From assembly GCF_036321535.1 (NCBI RefSeq), contig NC_087436.1, positions 114,826,001 to 114,890,000 of the forward strand: 64,000 nt of DNA. The letters run 5' to 3'. The translations under genes and the position numbers were made by a program. Origin of the DNA: Camelus dromedarius. Lineage: Eukaryota. Shown in pieces: positions 12,440 through 24,015 of this stretch (position 1 is the first letter of the stretch; each line of letters opens with the position of its first letter). The notes beneath the pieces are model-generated. The model was not told the origin of the DNA. It did no database searches and was given only the letters and a program-made list of their open reading frames with translations.

Positions 12440-12915
12440 AAAAAATACAGGAGATATTGTCTTGAATAACATGGGAAAATCCTGAAAGTTTAATTTTAAG
12501 TATAAAAAGTCAGTTGTAGAATAAAACATAGAGTATAATATTATTATTTTTAATTATACAGACTATGCAAAACAATTCTATCTTAAAACAAATAAATTAA
12601 TATCATATAATGTATGTGTGTGTGTATGTATGTTGTATGTTTGTATAATGTATGTATGTGTGTGTGTATGTTTGTATATATATATATAATTTGTTAAAAA
12701 TAGACAGAAAGGACCAAGATGAACACCAGGTTAGTGGTTGCTTCTGGAGTAGGATGGAGGATGGGAGGATAAGGAAGGAGTTTAAAGGGGCTTCAGTTCT
12801 CTCTGTAATGTTTTCCTTCTTCACAATAGCAAGTGGAGCATATTTTAAGGTGTGTTCAATCTGGGTGATGGGTACAAAGGTATCATTATTTTCTGCATTA
12901 AATTTTTCATATGGA
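12440..12915 (+). mobile_element. Old L1 3'UTR (L1ME-like) with a TG/TA microsatellite
   Basis: 'ggttagtggttgcttctggagtagg...aaaggggcttcagt...tctgggtgatgggtacaaaggt'. Confidence 0.65.
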
Positions 12916-13329
12916 TTTTGATGGGAGGACCATGTGGGAGCATCTTTTTGTTTTCACTCTTCCCTGGCAGTGATTTTAAGCCATGGTGGGATTTCTGTAG
13001 AATCCTTCATCCATGCTGCTCTCCCTCATCTTTGTGTCTACGTTGTAGTTACCTAAAAGAGAAAAATCAAAATTGTTCTTTTCATGATGGAAACAACCAC
13101 ATTCTTCAAGGGGCTTTAGTTCCTATGGAGTTTAAAGAAGACAGTATATACTGAATATTGTCCTCAATGTCCAGCATTCTCTATGGAGTCAATAAACTCC
13201 GTAAAGACCGAGACTGCACCAGGCTTGTTCAGCACTGCATTTCCCGTGCCTGTGCCTTGGTGTAAAGATTGGGTTAATACATCCATGAGTAAAGGAAGGG
13301 CTGCTAGATTTACCCAGCAGCCGCTTCTC

Positions 13330-13835
13330 GCCTCGTCCATATGCCCGACTCTTCCATAGTCTGTGCCTTTGCACAAGTCATCCCTCTCATTGCCTCTAGG
13401 AATGACCTTGCCTGCTAGTTTGCTGTGAAAATTCCTCTTCTAATCTTCCTGTTTCCTGTAGATAGAAGCTTCCTTAGGTCAGAGGTCCTGTCTGTCTCTT
13501 TCAATGCTGTAGGCCTATAACCTGTCACGTTTCTAGAATAAATGTATTCTAGTTTATGAGCCCAGATGTCACCTCTCCTCGAAGCCTTTCTTGACATAGC
13601 TTCCAAACCCCTACAACTTATATTCCAGACAGTTAACCATGGAAAAAAAAATTGACACTTACCTAGTATATATATTTCAATGACTGCTGTTAGTATTGTA
13701 AGTAATTATTTCCCTCATTAGATGTTAATTCCTCAAGGAACAGGTATATATCTTTTTATCTCTGTGTTCCTAATTTCTCGTCTGGCAGGCATGTGGAACG
13801 GAGCAGCTTGTCAGCGTGCACTTGTTGAGCTGACT
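13330..13835 (+). mobile_element. L2 fragments
   Basis: 'agatgtcacctctcctcgaagcctttcttgac', 'ttagatgttaattcctcaaggaacagg', and a tail-like 'ttgttgagctga'. Confidence 0.55.
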
Positions 13836-15019
13836 TATATCCATTTGCACATGTTCTGTGCATTTTCTGAAACACTCAGAATCCTCCTGACGGTGCTTCC
13901 CTTCTCCGGACAATGGCCAAGTGACCCCAGCGCACAGGTGAATCTCCTGCCGCTTGTGAGGGAGCCTGGAGTAGCCGCTCAAGGTGGATGCCCAGGAAAG
14001 GGTAAGGTAACGTGGGGAGTGAGGAGAGGGGTCGGTAGTTACCTTCATCTTATCTGCCCAGGTCTGTGACCAGTGAGTCGCCTGGGGATGGGCACAAGCC
14101 CTCCCGCGGGGAGGACTCTTCTGTGCTCTCAGTCCCCTGCTGCTGCCATCTGTTGATAATTACTGTCTGGTCTCTGCTGAGAATGTGTGATATTTAATAT
14201 TTCCTCACCACTTGAACAAACATGCGGCAATAACAGAACGGCACTTGGCCACAGGAGTAGAAAGATGTATTTGCATGAAAGAGTCAGTGTACACCTTGGG
14301 CCAGGCAAACAACTGCCTTCTCTTTGCAAAGTTACGAGAAGTCCCCATGTTTCAGAACCTGGAGAATAGGTACATTGACTTAGGTTGTGTTTTTGGAAGA
14401 AAACTCTTAAAAATCCAAACTATCGAGAAGATCAGGAAACAAAATGTAACAACTTCTTTTGACAGTTGATGTGATTTTTCTTTTAATGAGCCATCATGAA
14501 ATTTTCCCAGGTAGCTTTTCAGCATTTTTAGAGAAAGTTGATGCTCTTGACAAGTAGTAAGAAAGAAGAAAAAATGTTTTGTACATTGGAAAAAGAGTTC
14601 TTCCATTTGAAAATCTTTTTTTTCCCCAGTCCTTTCGGGAGTGGAGAAAAGAGGTTTCTAGTTTCATTTGCAGGTGGGGAAGTTCAACTTCCCGGTTTAA
14701 GAATAACAAGAAGATTCAACAGGGACAAGCTTTCTGCCCTGCTTTGCATTTACAATAAACGCTGGGTTACTGATGTGATCGGAAATAGACTGCTTTGGTT
14801 CACTGAGCAAGTCTGGAGCTGAGGCAGAGAAAGGTGGGGTCACCGATGGCATGTAGATACGTATGGTTCGTTGACCATCTGCGCTGAAGTGGCAGCTGGG
14901 ACTGAGGAGTAGGGCAGGTGCGGGCGTTGTTTCTAGTACTAGAAAAGAAAGCGAATCGTTCCCCTGTCTTGTTCCGCATCATCCCTCATGTCCATTTGGG
15001 AACCGTCAGTTTTTATCAT

Positions 15020-15260
15020 GAATGCTTTTTTATCCCCAACATCTATTATGAAAACTTGCAGACATACTGAAGAGTTAAATGTATTTTACAGTGAATACCA
15101 GAATGCTTTCTGTGGTAGAGGGACGCTATCATTAACAGTTTCCTCTGCTTGCTTTATTATGTCTCTGTTCATCTATTTCTTCCTTCCTTGGTAGGTATCA
15201 ATCAATCCATGTAATTATTGTTAATGCATTTTAAAATATGTTGCAGGCAGTCATGAATGC
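15020..15260 (-). mobile_element. Old L1 3' fragment (L1MC-like)
   Basis: 'tattatgaaaacttgcagacatactgaagagttaaatgtattttacagtgaatacc'. Confidence 0.55.
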
Positions 15261-15674
15261 CTTTACTGTCCACTGTTATCCAAGAGAGAAACCTCGGTTA
15301 TTGTAGGTACCTTTTCCTTGACTCGCAAGGCCTGCCCGGTGATCACAGAGGGCATTGCCCTGGGCACTGGGTAGTCTGTGCACAGACATGGAATTTACTT
15401 GCCACAGGGAGGCAGAAGTTAAAAGTAAAATGAAGACAAATAAATACACAATTACACGTTGTGATCATAGTCATAGAATGGAAAACAGAATAAAGTAGAA
15501 TGGAATATAGAATGAAATGCCATCTCCAAGACTGTCTCCTTTCCTTTAACCCACCACCTTGCTACCAAAATGACTTTTTGAAACACCACTTGGATCATGC
15601 CTACCACCTGTGGGATAAGACCTACAGTCCCCTGACTGGACGACTGCAATCTTATGACATGGCTAGACAAAGGT

Positions 15675-16580
15675 TTTCACTACTCCACAAATATTTATTG
15701 GCTCCCTATTATGTTCTGGGTGCATGGGAAAGATGTTGTGAATATTAGAATAAACACATCTTGATCTCTAGCCTTGAAAGGTTTATGGTCAGGCTGAGGG
15801 AACAGATCATTTCAGTATGATGCTTAAAATGCTATGCACACATGGCGGAGAAGCAACCCAGCGCAGCCTTGGGTCCGGGATAGGAAGATCTTCCGAAGGG
15901 AAAAATGGATGCTTTGAATCCAGAACACATATTCAGGTGAAGAAGGATGGGAATGTATTCCAGCAAAGAAGACAAAATATTTAGGCAAAAAGACTGGTGG
16001 GATAGAGAAACAACAAGCCGTTAGTATTTACTAGACTAGAAATTGCTAAGTTGACAGGCTGGTGATGTGGCTTGTGGGCGGCCTCACAGAGCACCTGCAA
16101 AATGGCAAAGAGGCCAGGGACTTTATCCTTATGGAGGCAGGAACCACTGAAGCAGTTAGAAATGCAGTGCAAAGCATGGGTGCAGGGCGGTGGGAACGGG
16201 CAACTCAGCAAGCAGCAGGAGTTAGACGTGTGTCGCAGTAATCCAGGTGAGACAGGCTCCTGGTGCTGGTAGTAAAGATGGAGAAAGAGGGACTTATTTA
16301 GAGAATGCATAAGAGGTGAAGTCAGGAGCGTGCAAAGAATGAAATGGATGAGCACGAGGCAAGTGAAAGGGCGAGGTTAGCAATGAATCCCAGTCCTCTG
16401 ACCTGGATGGGTGAGTGAATGGTGCGTCGAATAACTAAGATGGGAAATAGTAAGAGGCAGAGGAAGATAATGAGTTCAGTTTTGTAGGTTAAATTTAAAG
16501 TGCCTGGGAGATGTCCAGGTGGAGATGTCTACAGTATGGTGGACATAAAAATTGGAAGCTCAAGAGAGAACCTCGGATAT
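15675..16580 (-). mobile_element. Long L2 remnant
   Basis: Tail 'ccacaaatatttattggctccctattatgttctgggtgc' and internal 'gataatgagttcagttttgtaggttaaatttaaagtgcctgggagatgtccaggtggagatgtc'. Confidence 0.8.
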
Positions 16581-18139
16581 GGGGGAGTATGCTGGTTAGA
16601 AACACGTAAGAGGGTGTGTCTCAGATTTATCCTAGCTGCGGGATGAGGGAGCTGGAGCACTTTTATATCATCTGTCACCAGTCATTGGTGGAGTGTGCTA
16701 AACACACTGCTACACGTGTGTGCTACGTGTCTGTGCTACATACACCTGTCCTGCTTTATATTCAGATATCAACAAGAAATTAAGTTTAAATGCCTTGATT
16801 CTACTGAGTTGATGTGGCTAGAACCTGAATCTCCTGATTTCTGTCTCAGTTATCTTTCCTCCACATTCGTCCCCACTCCATTCTCAGCAGTGCGCTCTCT
16901 GTCCACTTGTTCATCCGGTCGTTTGCTCGTGACCTCAGCAAGCCCTTGTTAGGCACCTCCCCTGTGCCGGGCAGGGCCGGCTGCCGTCCCTGAAGGCAGT
17001 GGGAATAGAACCTTGAAGAATCTCAACTTCCCTCCCTTCCGGCCGTTCTCACTTCCTGAGAGGGCAGTGGTATTTAGACTTGGGGGAAGACCTGAAGGAT
17101 GGAAGACAGACTTCTCCCAGATGTCTGTCTTGCCAGCATGACATGTCACAGGGCCCTGGGAACTTGGATGACTCAGTTTCGAGGTGACGTGGAAAGTGAC
17201 CACTAAGAGAGCATGCACTGCTCCAGCTTACGCGAAACCATAAAGTGCTCCCTGTCTGCACTCACAAGAGAAAAACTCCTGTTTCCTATGGCCTTTACCT
17301 CCTAATCTTTACTGGTTACAAGAGGGCATTCCAGGCAGTGGAGTGCTTAATAAATATTATACAGTTTGCTAATGGCAATGCTGTTTGGGAGTGATATTTC
17401 CTTCTAAATGTGCTAGCCTGGTTTAACAAATCTGCTGTGTGCAGTTTCACCTTTCATTGTGTTGGTTGAGCTGTCTCAGGGGCTCCTTAGCAGGGGCCAA
17501 GCAACGGCTCAGAAATGCAGAGTGAATGAGTCTGCCGGATGCATTAATAGTTTTTGTCTGCGCTGACTTCCCCTTTGTTGTCAGAGTGTAACCAACACCG
17601 AGGGGCTCCGCTCTGTTCAGTAACTGTGTGCATTCTCACTGCGAGGATGTGAAATGCTTGAAGGGCTGGCAGCAGCATTTCCCTACATCCTTGTGTTGTT
17701 TTCAGACCCTTTTGTATGCACCGATGGTCATTTCTAACTCCTCTCTCACTTAACCCAGCCTTTTAGGAATGGTTTAGTTGGAAAATTGACAAATGGTACC
17801 AGTGTCTTTTTCAAAATTTTCTTTACTCCCAAAAGAACTGAATGCCAGTTCTAGGTAATTGTTACCTGTGAGGTGCAAAGGCATGGGATTCATGAGCATG
17901 GTCGACTTGAGCTCAGGCAGACTGCACTTTGGAACATGGTTCTGCTTCCCTCTGTTCTCTGTCAACCTCAGTTTCCTCATCTGAAACATGAGTAACTACC
18001 AGTACGTGGTGTAAATGCTCCTAACTCCACCCGTCCTTCCCCTCTTGTTCTCTCTCCCTTCCTTACCTTTCTCCCTTTCTTCCTTCCAATATACGTTGTC
18101 ATTTCACCTTTTTTTTTTTTTGATCATCTTATGAGCTTC

Positions 18140-18400
18140 CAAAGTCATCCAAAAGGAAGTTCATCTTAAAGTAAAAACAGAAAAACAAAACAAACCTTCT
18201 TGACCCCCTGTCTTCCAGCTACTGTCTTACCCCCTCACAGGCAAACTTCTTAAAGAGTTCTCTGCACTTGGCATCTGTAACTTCTCATATCCCACATATT
18301 CTTTAACCTTCTGCAGCCTGACTCCAGCCTCTCCTGTTCCACTGAAAATGTTCTCCTCAGAGTAAAAATAGTTACTGTAGACCAGTTAACCATCACATTG
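18140..18400 (+). mobile_element. L2 internal fragment
   Basis: 'cacaggcaaacttcttaaagagtt...ctgcagcctgactccagcctctcctgttccactgaaaatgttctc'. Confidence 0.6.
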
Positions 18401-18946
18401 CAATAACCAAGGCACCTCCGTGTTGATAGTGCTTTCCATTCTTCACAGGTTTGTATTTGCTAGTCCATTTAGGATGAAACTTTTTTTTTTTCTTGCTGGA
18501 TATTTTACATGTAAGTTGGGTAAACTCTCTTGTCTTAGATAGGTCACTAGTTATTGTTTTGTAATATGAACCCACAGGAGTATCAGAATCTTGGTCGATG
18601 GGGAAATAAGACTGCTTCCACACTCAACTGTGCTTTTTATTTAAAGAAAAAGTACTTATTAAGGGAACTAAGCACAAACATTATAACATTAGCACAAACA
18701 ATGTATTTAAGTAGGACACCCAGTTTAAAACAAAATATACAGGAAAACACACTTTTGTAGAATTATGATTTGTTTTCACTGATCCTTTAGCATTCTCCAT
18801 CATTGTTTAGTCTAGCTCAGGTTTTCATTTTGACTTAATTAATTATTAACTATGAATGTTTCCTTCAACCATCACAAACTATTTATACTTCTTGGTGAAA
18901 GTTCTGCTTGGATATATAAACATATGCCCCTTTATAAGCAAGGTTG

Positions 18947-18973
18947 TTTTTTTTTTTTTTTTTTTTTTTTTTT
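18947..18973. repeat. Poly(T)27 tract
   Basis: Uninterrupted T run, counted directly. Confidence 0.95.
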
Positions 18974-19421
18974 GAGTGTGCAACACAGGGTCATGAGAAG
19001 AAGTTGATGTGGACCCATCTGGCTGATTCTCTGGCGAATCTGAAGTCGGTCGATTTTAATTCTCCTTGGGTCTACCGAGCATAAGATCTCCGCCTTGTTA
19101 ACAGCATGAGAAGCAAGGCTCTTTTTTTCCCCTGATTCCAGCTTTTATGGACAATGTAGTTTGAAGATGCAAACAGCTGCATCGGACTACACGTCTGGTG
19201 GACCTCACTCCCGCAGCAGCTCTCACCATTTTTGTTGTTCCTGTGGATATTTGCCTCCGTATCTCTAGGTAACACGCTTTCCCTGCTGTTCCTGCATTTG
19301 TCAGTTTCAGGCCTTACTGACTGATTTCCTACAGTGGAAGACAGGATGTAGCTCTCTTCCCCGCCTCCTCCTGCTCAGCATACACACTGGCACGGTCCCC
19401 CACCCCCAACCTTCTATTATA

Positions 19422-19497
19422 TTAGGTTGAATTCTAGGAAACTGCTACTTTTCTTCGTCAAAAATGCTTCAGTGTTGTCAATTTCCTGATCTTTAGT
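19422..19497. mobile_element. Mariner-derived MITE remnant (MADE2-like)
   Basis: TA followed by 'ttaggttgaattctaggaaactgc...gtcaaaaatg...tgttgtcaatttcct'; resembles the ~80-bp MADE2 consensus as I recall it. Confidence 0.5.
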
Positions 19498-19859
19498 TAT
19501 ACCATAATCTTAGTTAAGACAAAATTCAGTGTTTGTAATAGTTAAGCCATTTAGCATATTATAATTACTTTCCTTCTATAGCAGACTTTTGTGTGTTTGG
19601 TTGGTTGGTTTTAAAAATATACTTGTTACTAAATGTTCCTCAAGCTCTCTCCCAGTTTGTTGAATCTCCCCTTAACATAATAAAACAAAAGTAGCGTTCG
19701 ATTTCCGTCCCCTGGGAGACATTGTCGTTAGGGCCTTTTTTCACTCTAGAGGACTAGTTCCTTTTCTAGATCTGCAACCTAGACCCTCCTAAAACACCCT
19801 AGGGATACCCTGTCTCTTGTGTTGGAGTTTCTGTTTCCTCTGTCCATGACTTCTGGAGT

Positions 19860-20520
19860 TTTGGTCCATTCTCCTTGGTGGACCCCTGCTTTTCTAGGTT
19901 TTTGATAAAGGGAGAAATAGAAGTAACTTTTGGGGGATCTGGCAGGTTATTATTCTCTGTTTACACTGAATTAATACTGATATATTAGTCAGAATTCTCT
20001 AGAGAAAGAGAACCAGTTGGATGGACGGACGGGTAGATGGATAGATAGGCTTATTACAAGATATTGGCTCATGCAGTTACAGAGTTTGGCAAGTTTCAAG
20101 ATCTGCAGAGTGATTTGGCAAGCTGGAGAACCAGGAAAACCAGTGGTTTAGTTCCAGTCTGAGTTCAAAGGCCTGAGAACCAGAAGAGCCAACAGTGGAG
20201 TTCCTGTCTGAAGGTCAGCCTTTTTGTTCTATTCAGGCCTTCAACTGATTGGATGAGGCCCACCCACCTTAGGAAGAGCTTTACTTAGTCTATCAATTTA
20301 AAGGTTAATTTCATTTAAAAACACCCTCACAAAAACAATCAGAAAAAATGTTTGACCAATTATCTAGATACCCCGTGGTCCAGTCCAGTTGACACATAGT
20401 TTACCATCACAGTTGGAAATCACTTTCCCTGAGTAATTTGAAGATATTTCTCCATTGTCTTCCAGCTTCAAGAGTCCTGCTTGAGAATTATGATACCTGA
20501 TTCATTTTTGGTTTGGTCTG
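19860..20520 (-). mobile_element. Ancient L1/HAL1 ORF1 remnant (host of the MLT2)
   Basis: Reverse ORF1 motif 'gttggaaatcactttccctgagtaatttgaagatatttctccattgtcttccagcttc' resumes directly after the LTR. Confidence 0.55.
19979..20411 (-). mobile_element. ERVL solo LTR (MLT2B-like)
   Basis: 'tatattagtcagaattctctagagaaagagaacc...ttcaggccttcaactgattggatgaggcccaccca...gttgacacatagtttaccatcaca'. Confidence 0.9.
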
Positions 20521-21939
20521 AGATGTGTGGCTGGATGTTTGACCCTGATCTCCATTATCAGGTGCCAGAGCTAGGCTTTTCTTTTCTTTCCTTTTTTTTT
20601 CTTCTCCCAGATCTGGGCTTTTTATAGGGGGAACTGCTGATATGAATGTCTTTAGATAATTTTTCTTGGGCTGATCAGATTTCCTGGAGAGTAATCTTTT
20701 AGTGTCCTGCTTGGGAGATACAGGCTTGGCTTCTAGAGACCTGAGAGCCTAAAGGAACAATTAGAATGTAAATTTTCATGTAATCTCCTTGTTTCCAGAG
20801 CACTGTACCTAAACTTCACATGGTGTCCCCTGGTCCATATACCTTCTGTCTTATCTTTCCTAGAAAATAAACCTGCATTTACTACCAGAGTTGTAGTAGT
20901 GGAGAGGATATGGTGATCCAATGGCTTTGTAAAAAGATTTTCAGCCTATTTACCCATTTCATCTCCACATTTATGCTTATCTCCATGGGGTCCTGAGGAT
21001 GCTAACTGCTGACCTGTATAGAGGTACCATGGTGCAAGTTGGCTAGCTCTCATTTCTGTGGCAACTTCTAGGTCAGTTATTAACTCATCCTTCTGTTTCC
21101 TAGCTCCCCAAATTCTGTGGCTTCTATTTCCTTTCTAATTTTCTGTGTCTTTGTGTTCTACACCTTAAACATTCCTTCATTGTTCTTTCAGTGAGGTTTT
21201 CCGATGAAGTGACGCTAAATGTTCATTCACTGTGCAATCGCTCCTTGAAAGCTGGATCTTGCTGCTTTTCTTACGCTCTTGCCAAAGGTGGGAGAAGGTT
21301 AGGAGAAATGACAAGGTAGTGTGATGTTGCTAAAATTCAGTCACCATCTTTCTCCTAATCCAAGTGAAAATTCTTTGATTGAATTACCTCACTAAATTGC
21401 TCTGTCCTTTGAGCTCGCCACTTACGAAGAAATTTCCAGGTTTACTTATTAAATATTGAACTCTACCGTGTAACTAGAACTTTTATAAGTAATCTAAAAA
21501 GATTTCCTAAACATTCATCGTGTACAAAACCTTATCTAGCTATATTCTCAAGAATTTCATAATTTGATGTGAAAAATTGGTCTGTAAAGTAGAAAGAAGT
21601 AATGAATCAAGATTATAATGCAAGCAGTTCTGTTAATTTCTATATCATCACATTCCATTTCCCAGATGCAAACAAATCATCATTCTTATGACTATGTGAT
21701 AACCTCCTCCAATTCTGACTCCCTGGAACCTGGGAAGGAAGTATACTTTACGATGATTAAGTGCCTTACTTAGTGTGCATTTGTGATGCCTATCTCTTTC
21801 GAAGGTTTTAAAATGAAAGCTGTGTCATCTCTCAGAAGTGAGTTAAGTGTGGCCCAATCTGGAAATGGTGGTATTTTTAGTGACTGATTTTTATTATGAC
21901 TAGGTTCACCTGCATGTGACAAATGACCTCAGATTTCCT

Positions 21940-22370
21940 GAACGTGGTGATTTTATGATGATAGACCAGTCTTTCTTGTTTACATAAACAGATAAATGGG
22001 TCCAGGCTCGGCTTGGGCACCATAATTACCTGGTACCAGGACTCTCTGTTTTGTTGCTTCATAACCTTTAGGATGCCTTCTTTTTGTCCGAGATGGCAGT
22101 GTCAGCTCCAGCCACCATTTCTTCATTCCAACCAACAGGAAGGAGGCAGGACAAAGAAGGGGCTGTCTCTTCATCTTGGAAACACTTTCAGGCAGCTCCA
22201 CACATCGTAATGGTCAAAAGTTGGTCACATGGCCATGCTTAGCTGCGAAGAGGGATGGAAAATACATCTATTCCAGGCAGCCTTGTACCAGTAACTATCA
22301 GGGTTTCTGTTTCTAAGGAAGAAAGGAAGAAATACAGAACAGATCTAGCAGAGGAAGGGGAGTCTGTTTC
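21940..22370 (-). mobile_element. MaLR LTR (MLT1J-like)
   Basis: 'agatggcagtgtcagctccagccacca...ggtcacatggccatgcttagctgcgaagagggatggaaaatacatct'. Confidence 0.7.
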
Positions 22371-23158
22371 ACAGGGACACTCACATCTATCCGACTCTTG
22401 ACCCCCACGTTTCAGAATCTGGAAGACACTGGGATGACGAGGTGGTGACAAGTGACCCAGGTGATGAGTGCTGTGTCAATGGCAGGACCAACAACCAGAT
22501 ACCTGTTTTATGATTACTGATCCTGTGCTGAGATCCAGCTTGGAAGTGAATATTCTTCAAAATTATATATTTTAGTTATAAAATATCTCAAACACACAGA
22601 GAAGTCTGGCACTCGTTATCCACCACTCAGTATTCAGATGTTTGTCACGATTACTTCAGAGATCTCTCATCCTTATAAGAAACAGAAGTGTCACGATCTC
22701 CTCCATCTCTTTTCCTTTCTTGCTGTTGACTATTTACCCATGATGTGGGCTGTCTGATTGGAATAGAGCTTATTTCATTTGTGGTGTTCTGTAGTTGCTG
22801 TGTGGTGACGGGGGCTAGCTTGGCTAATAGGGGGAGAAAAAAGGCAGTATTTTCTCAGGTGTGATTATCGCTCTTAACAAGACATAATCCAATTAGTGAT
22901 GGTTGTGTCTTTTAAAAATATCATTTTCAGCTTAAAAAACATTAGAATACTATTTGCACACATATTTGAAATACGGTATAATTTAAAGAAAAATAAACAC
23001 CTATTATATATAGAAAGATATATATCTATTAAGTAATCTACTTGACTATATTTTTTTCTGTTAAAAATCACTGCCTATTATATTTAATTTTTTTTATACT
23101 TAAGAACAGTTTTTTAATGACAGATCGTAACGTTTTAAGTGATGCAGCTGCCCTTGCC

Positions 23159-23495
23159 TGTCTTAGGTCAGGTTCTCTGAAAATACTCTGAGACCCCGTG
23201 GTTTGCATGCAGGTGGTTTCCTCTGGAGTGTGAGGGAGCAGGGAGGGAGGGTTGAGCAGAAGGAGAGGCTGGGCGGAGATGCAGTTGCAGCAAAGGTCTG
23301 AGCTAGCCCACCAGGGCTCCGGAGCTGGGACGGCTGCAGAGCTGTCCCCTTGCTGCTGCTGCGCCCAGGCTAGTGACTGGACAGGAGCTGCTTCTGCGGG
23401 AGGAGCGTGACCTTGGGTGAAGCACCTCTCTCCACCTAAGGTTGTGAGAGCTCAGGACTGAGGGGGCCCCTGGCGGGCACCCCCCCTTCCACTTC
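23159..23495 (-). mobile_element. ERVL solo LTR (LTR16A-like)
   Basis: 'tgtcttaggtcaggttctct...gatgcagttgcagcaaagg...ctccggagctggga...gcgtgaccttgggtgaagca'. Confidence 0.75.
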
Positions 23496-23849
23496 TAAGT
23501 GGGGCACACCCCCAGTTCTTGTACCTTCACCAGTCATGCGTTTCTTATATTTTGCTGCATTGTTGACTGATTCTAATGATTCTAAAAAGATGGTTCACTT
23601 CATTGTCACCAAGCACCCTGGACTTCAGGGCTCAGTGTAATATCGTTCAGGCTTCTTTGAGGGAAAATCTGGTAAGGTATTGCAATTTAAAAAATAAAGG
23701 AAATGCATTATTTGTGACTAAAATATATTTTAAAAATTTTAAAATATATTTAAAAATTTTAATGACAAGCCTTCTATTTTTTGGTGGAAAACACCTTATT
23801 GTTACTGGAATCCCTGAAGCATCTTTAAGGAGGCAGCTCTGAGACTCAG

Positions 23850-24015
23850 GTCTATTGAAAAGAGCCTACTTTTGGAATCAGATGTACCTGAATTTGAACC
23901 CAGAGAGTTAGTTACTTGCTGTGTGACTTTGGCATGTTATACCACCTCTCTGTGCTTCAACTTTTCTAAACAAAGCAATGCACTTCTTCCAAGGTCCCTT
24001 TGGTCTCTGAGAGTT
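23850..24015 (+). mobile_element. MIR/MIR3 fragment
   Basis: 'tttggaatcagatgtacctgaatttgaacccag...ttgctgtgtgactttgg...ttccaaggtccctt'. Confidence 0.6.

Noticed and set aside
18947..19280. Processed pseudogene or transduction ending at the poly(T)27
   Set aside because: There is no polyadenylation signal at the expected distance on the minus strand, no TSD and no recognisable coding sequence.
23462..23480. CTCF site in the LTR16A-like element
   Set aside because: The reverse strand reads CCGCCAGGGGCC, which mismatches the core GGC. This is insufficient without binding data.
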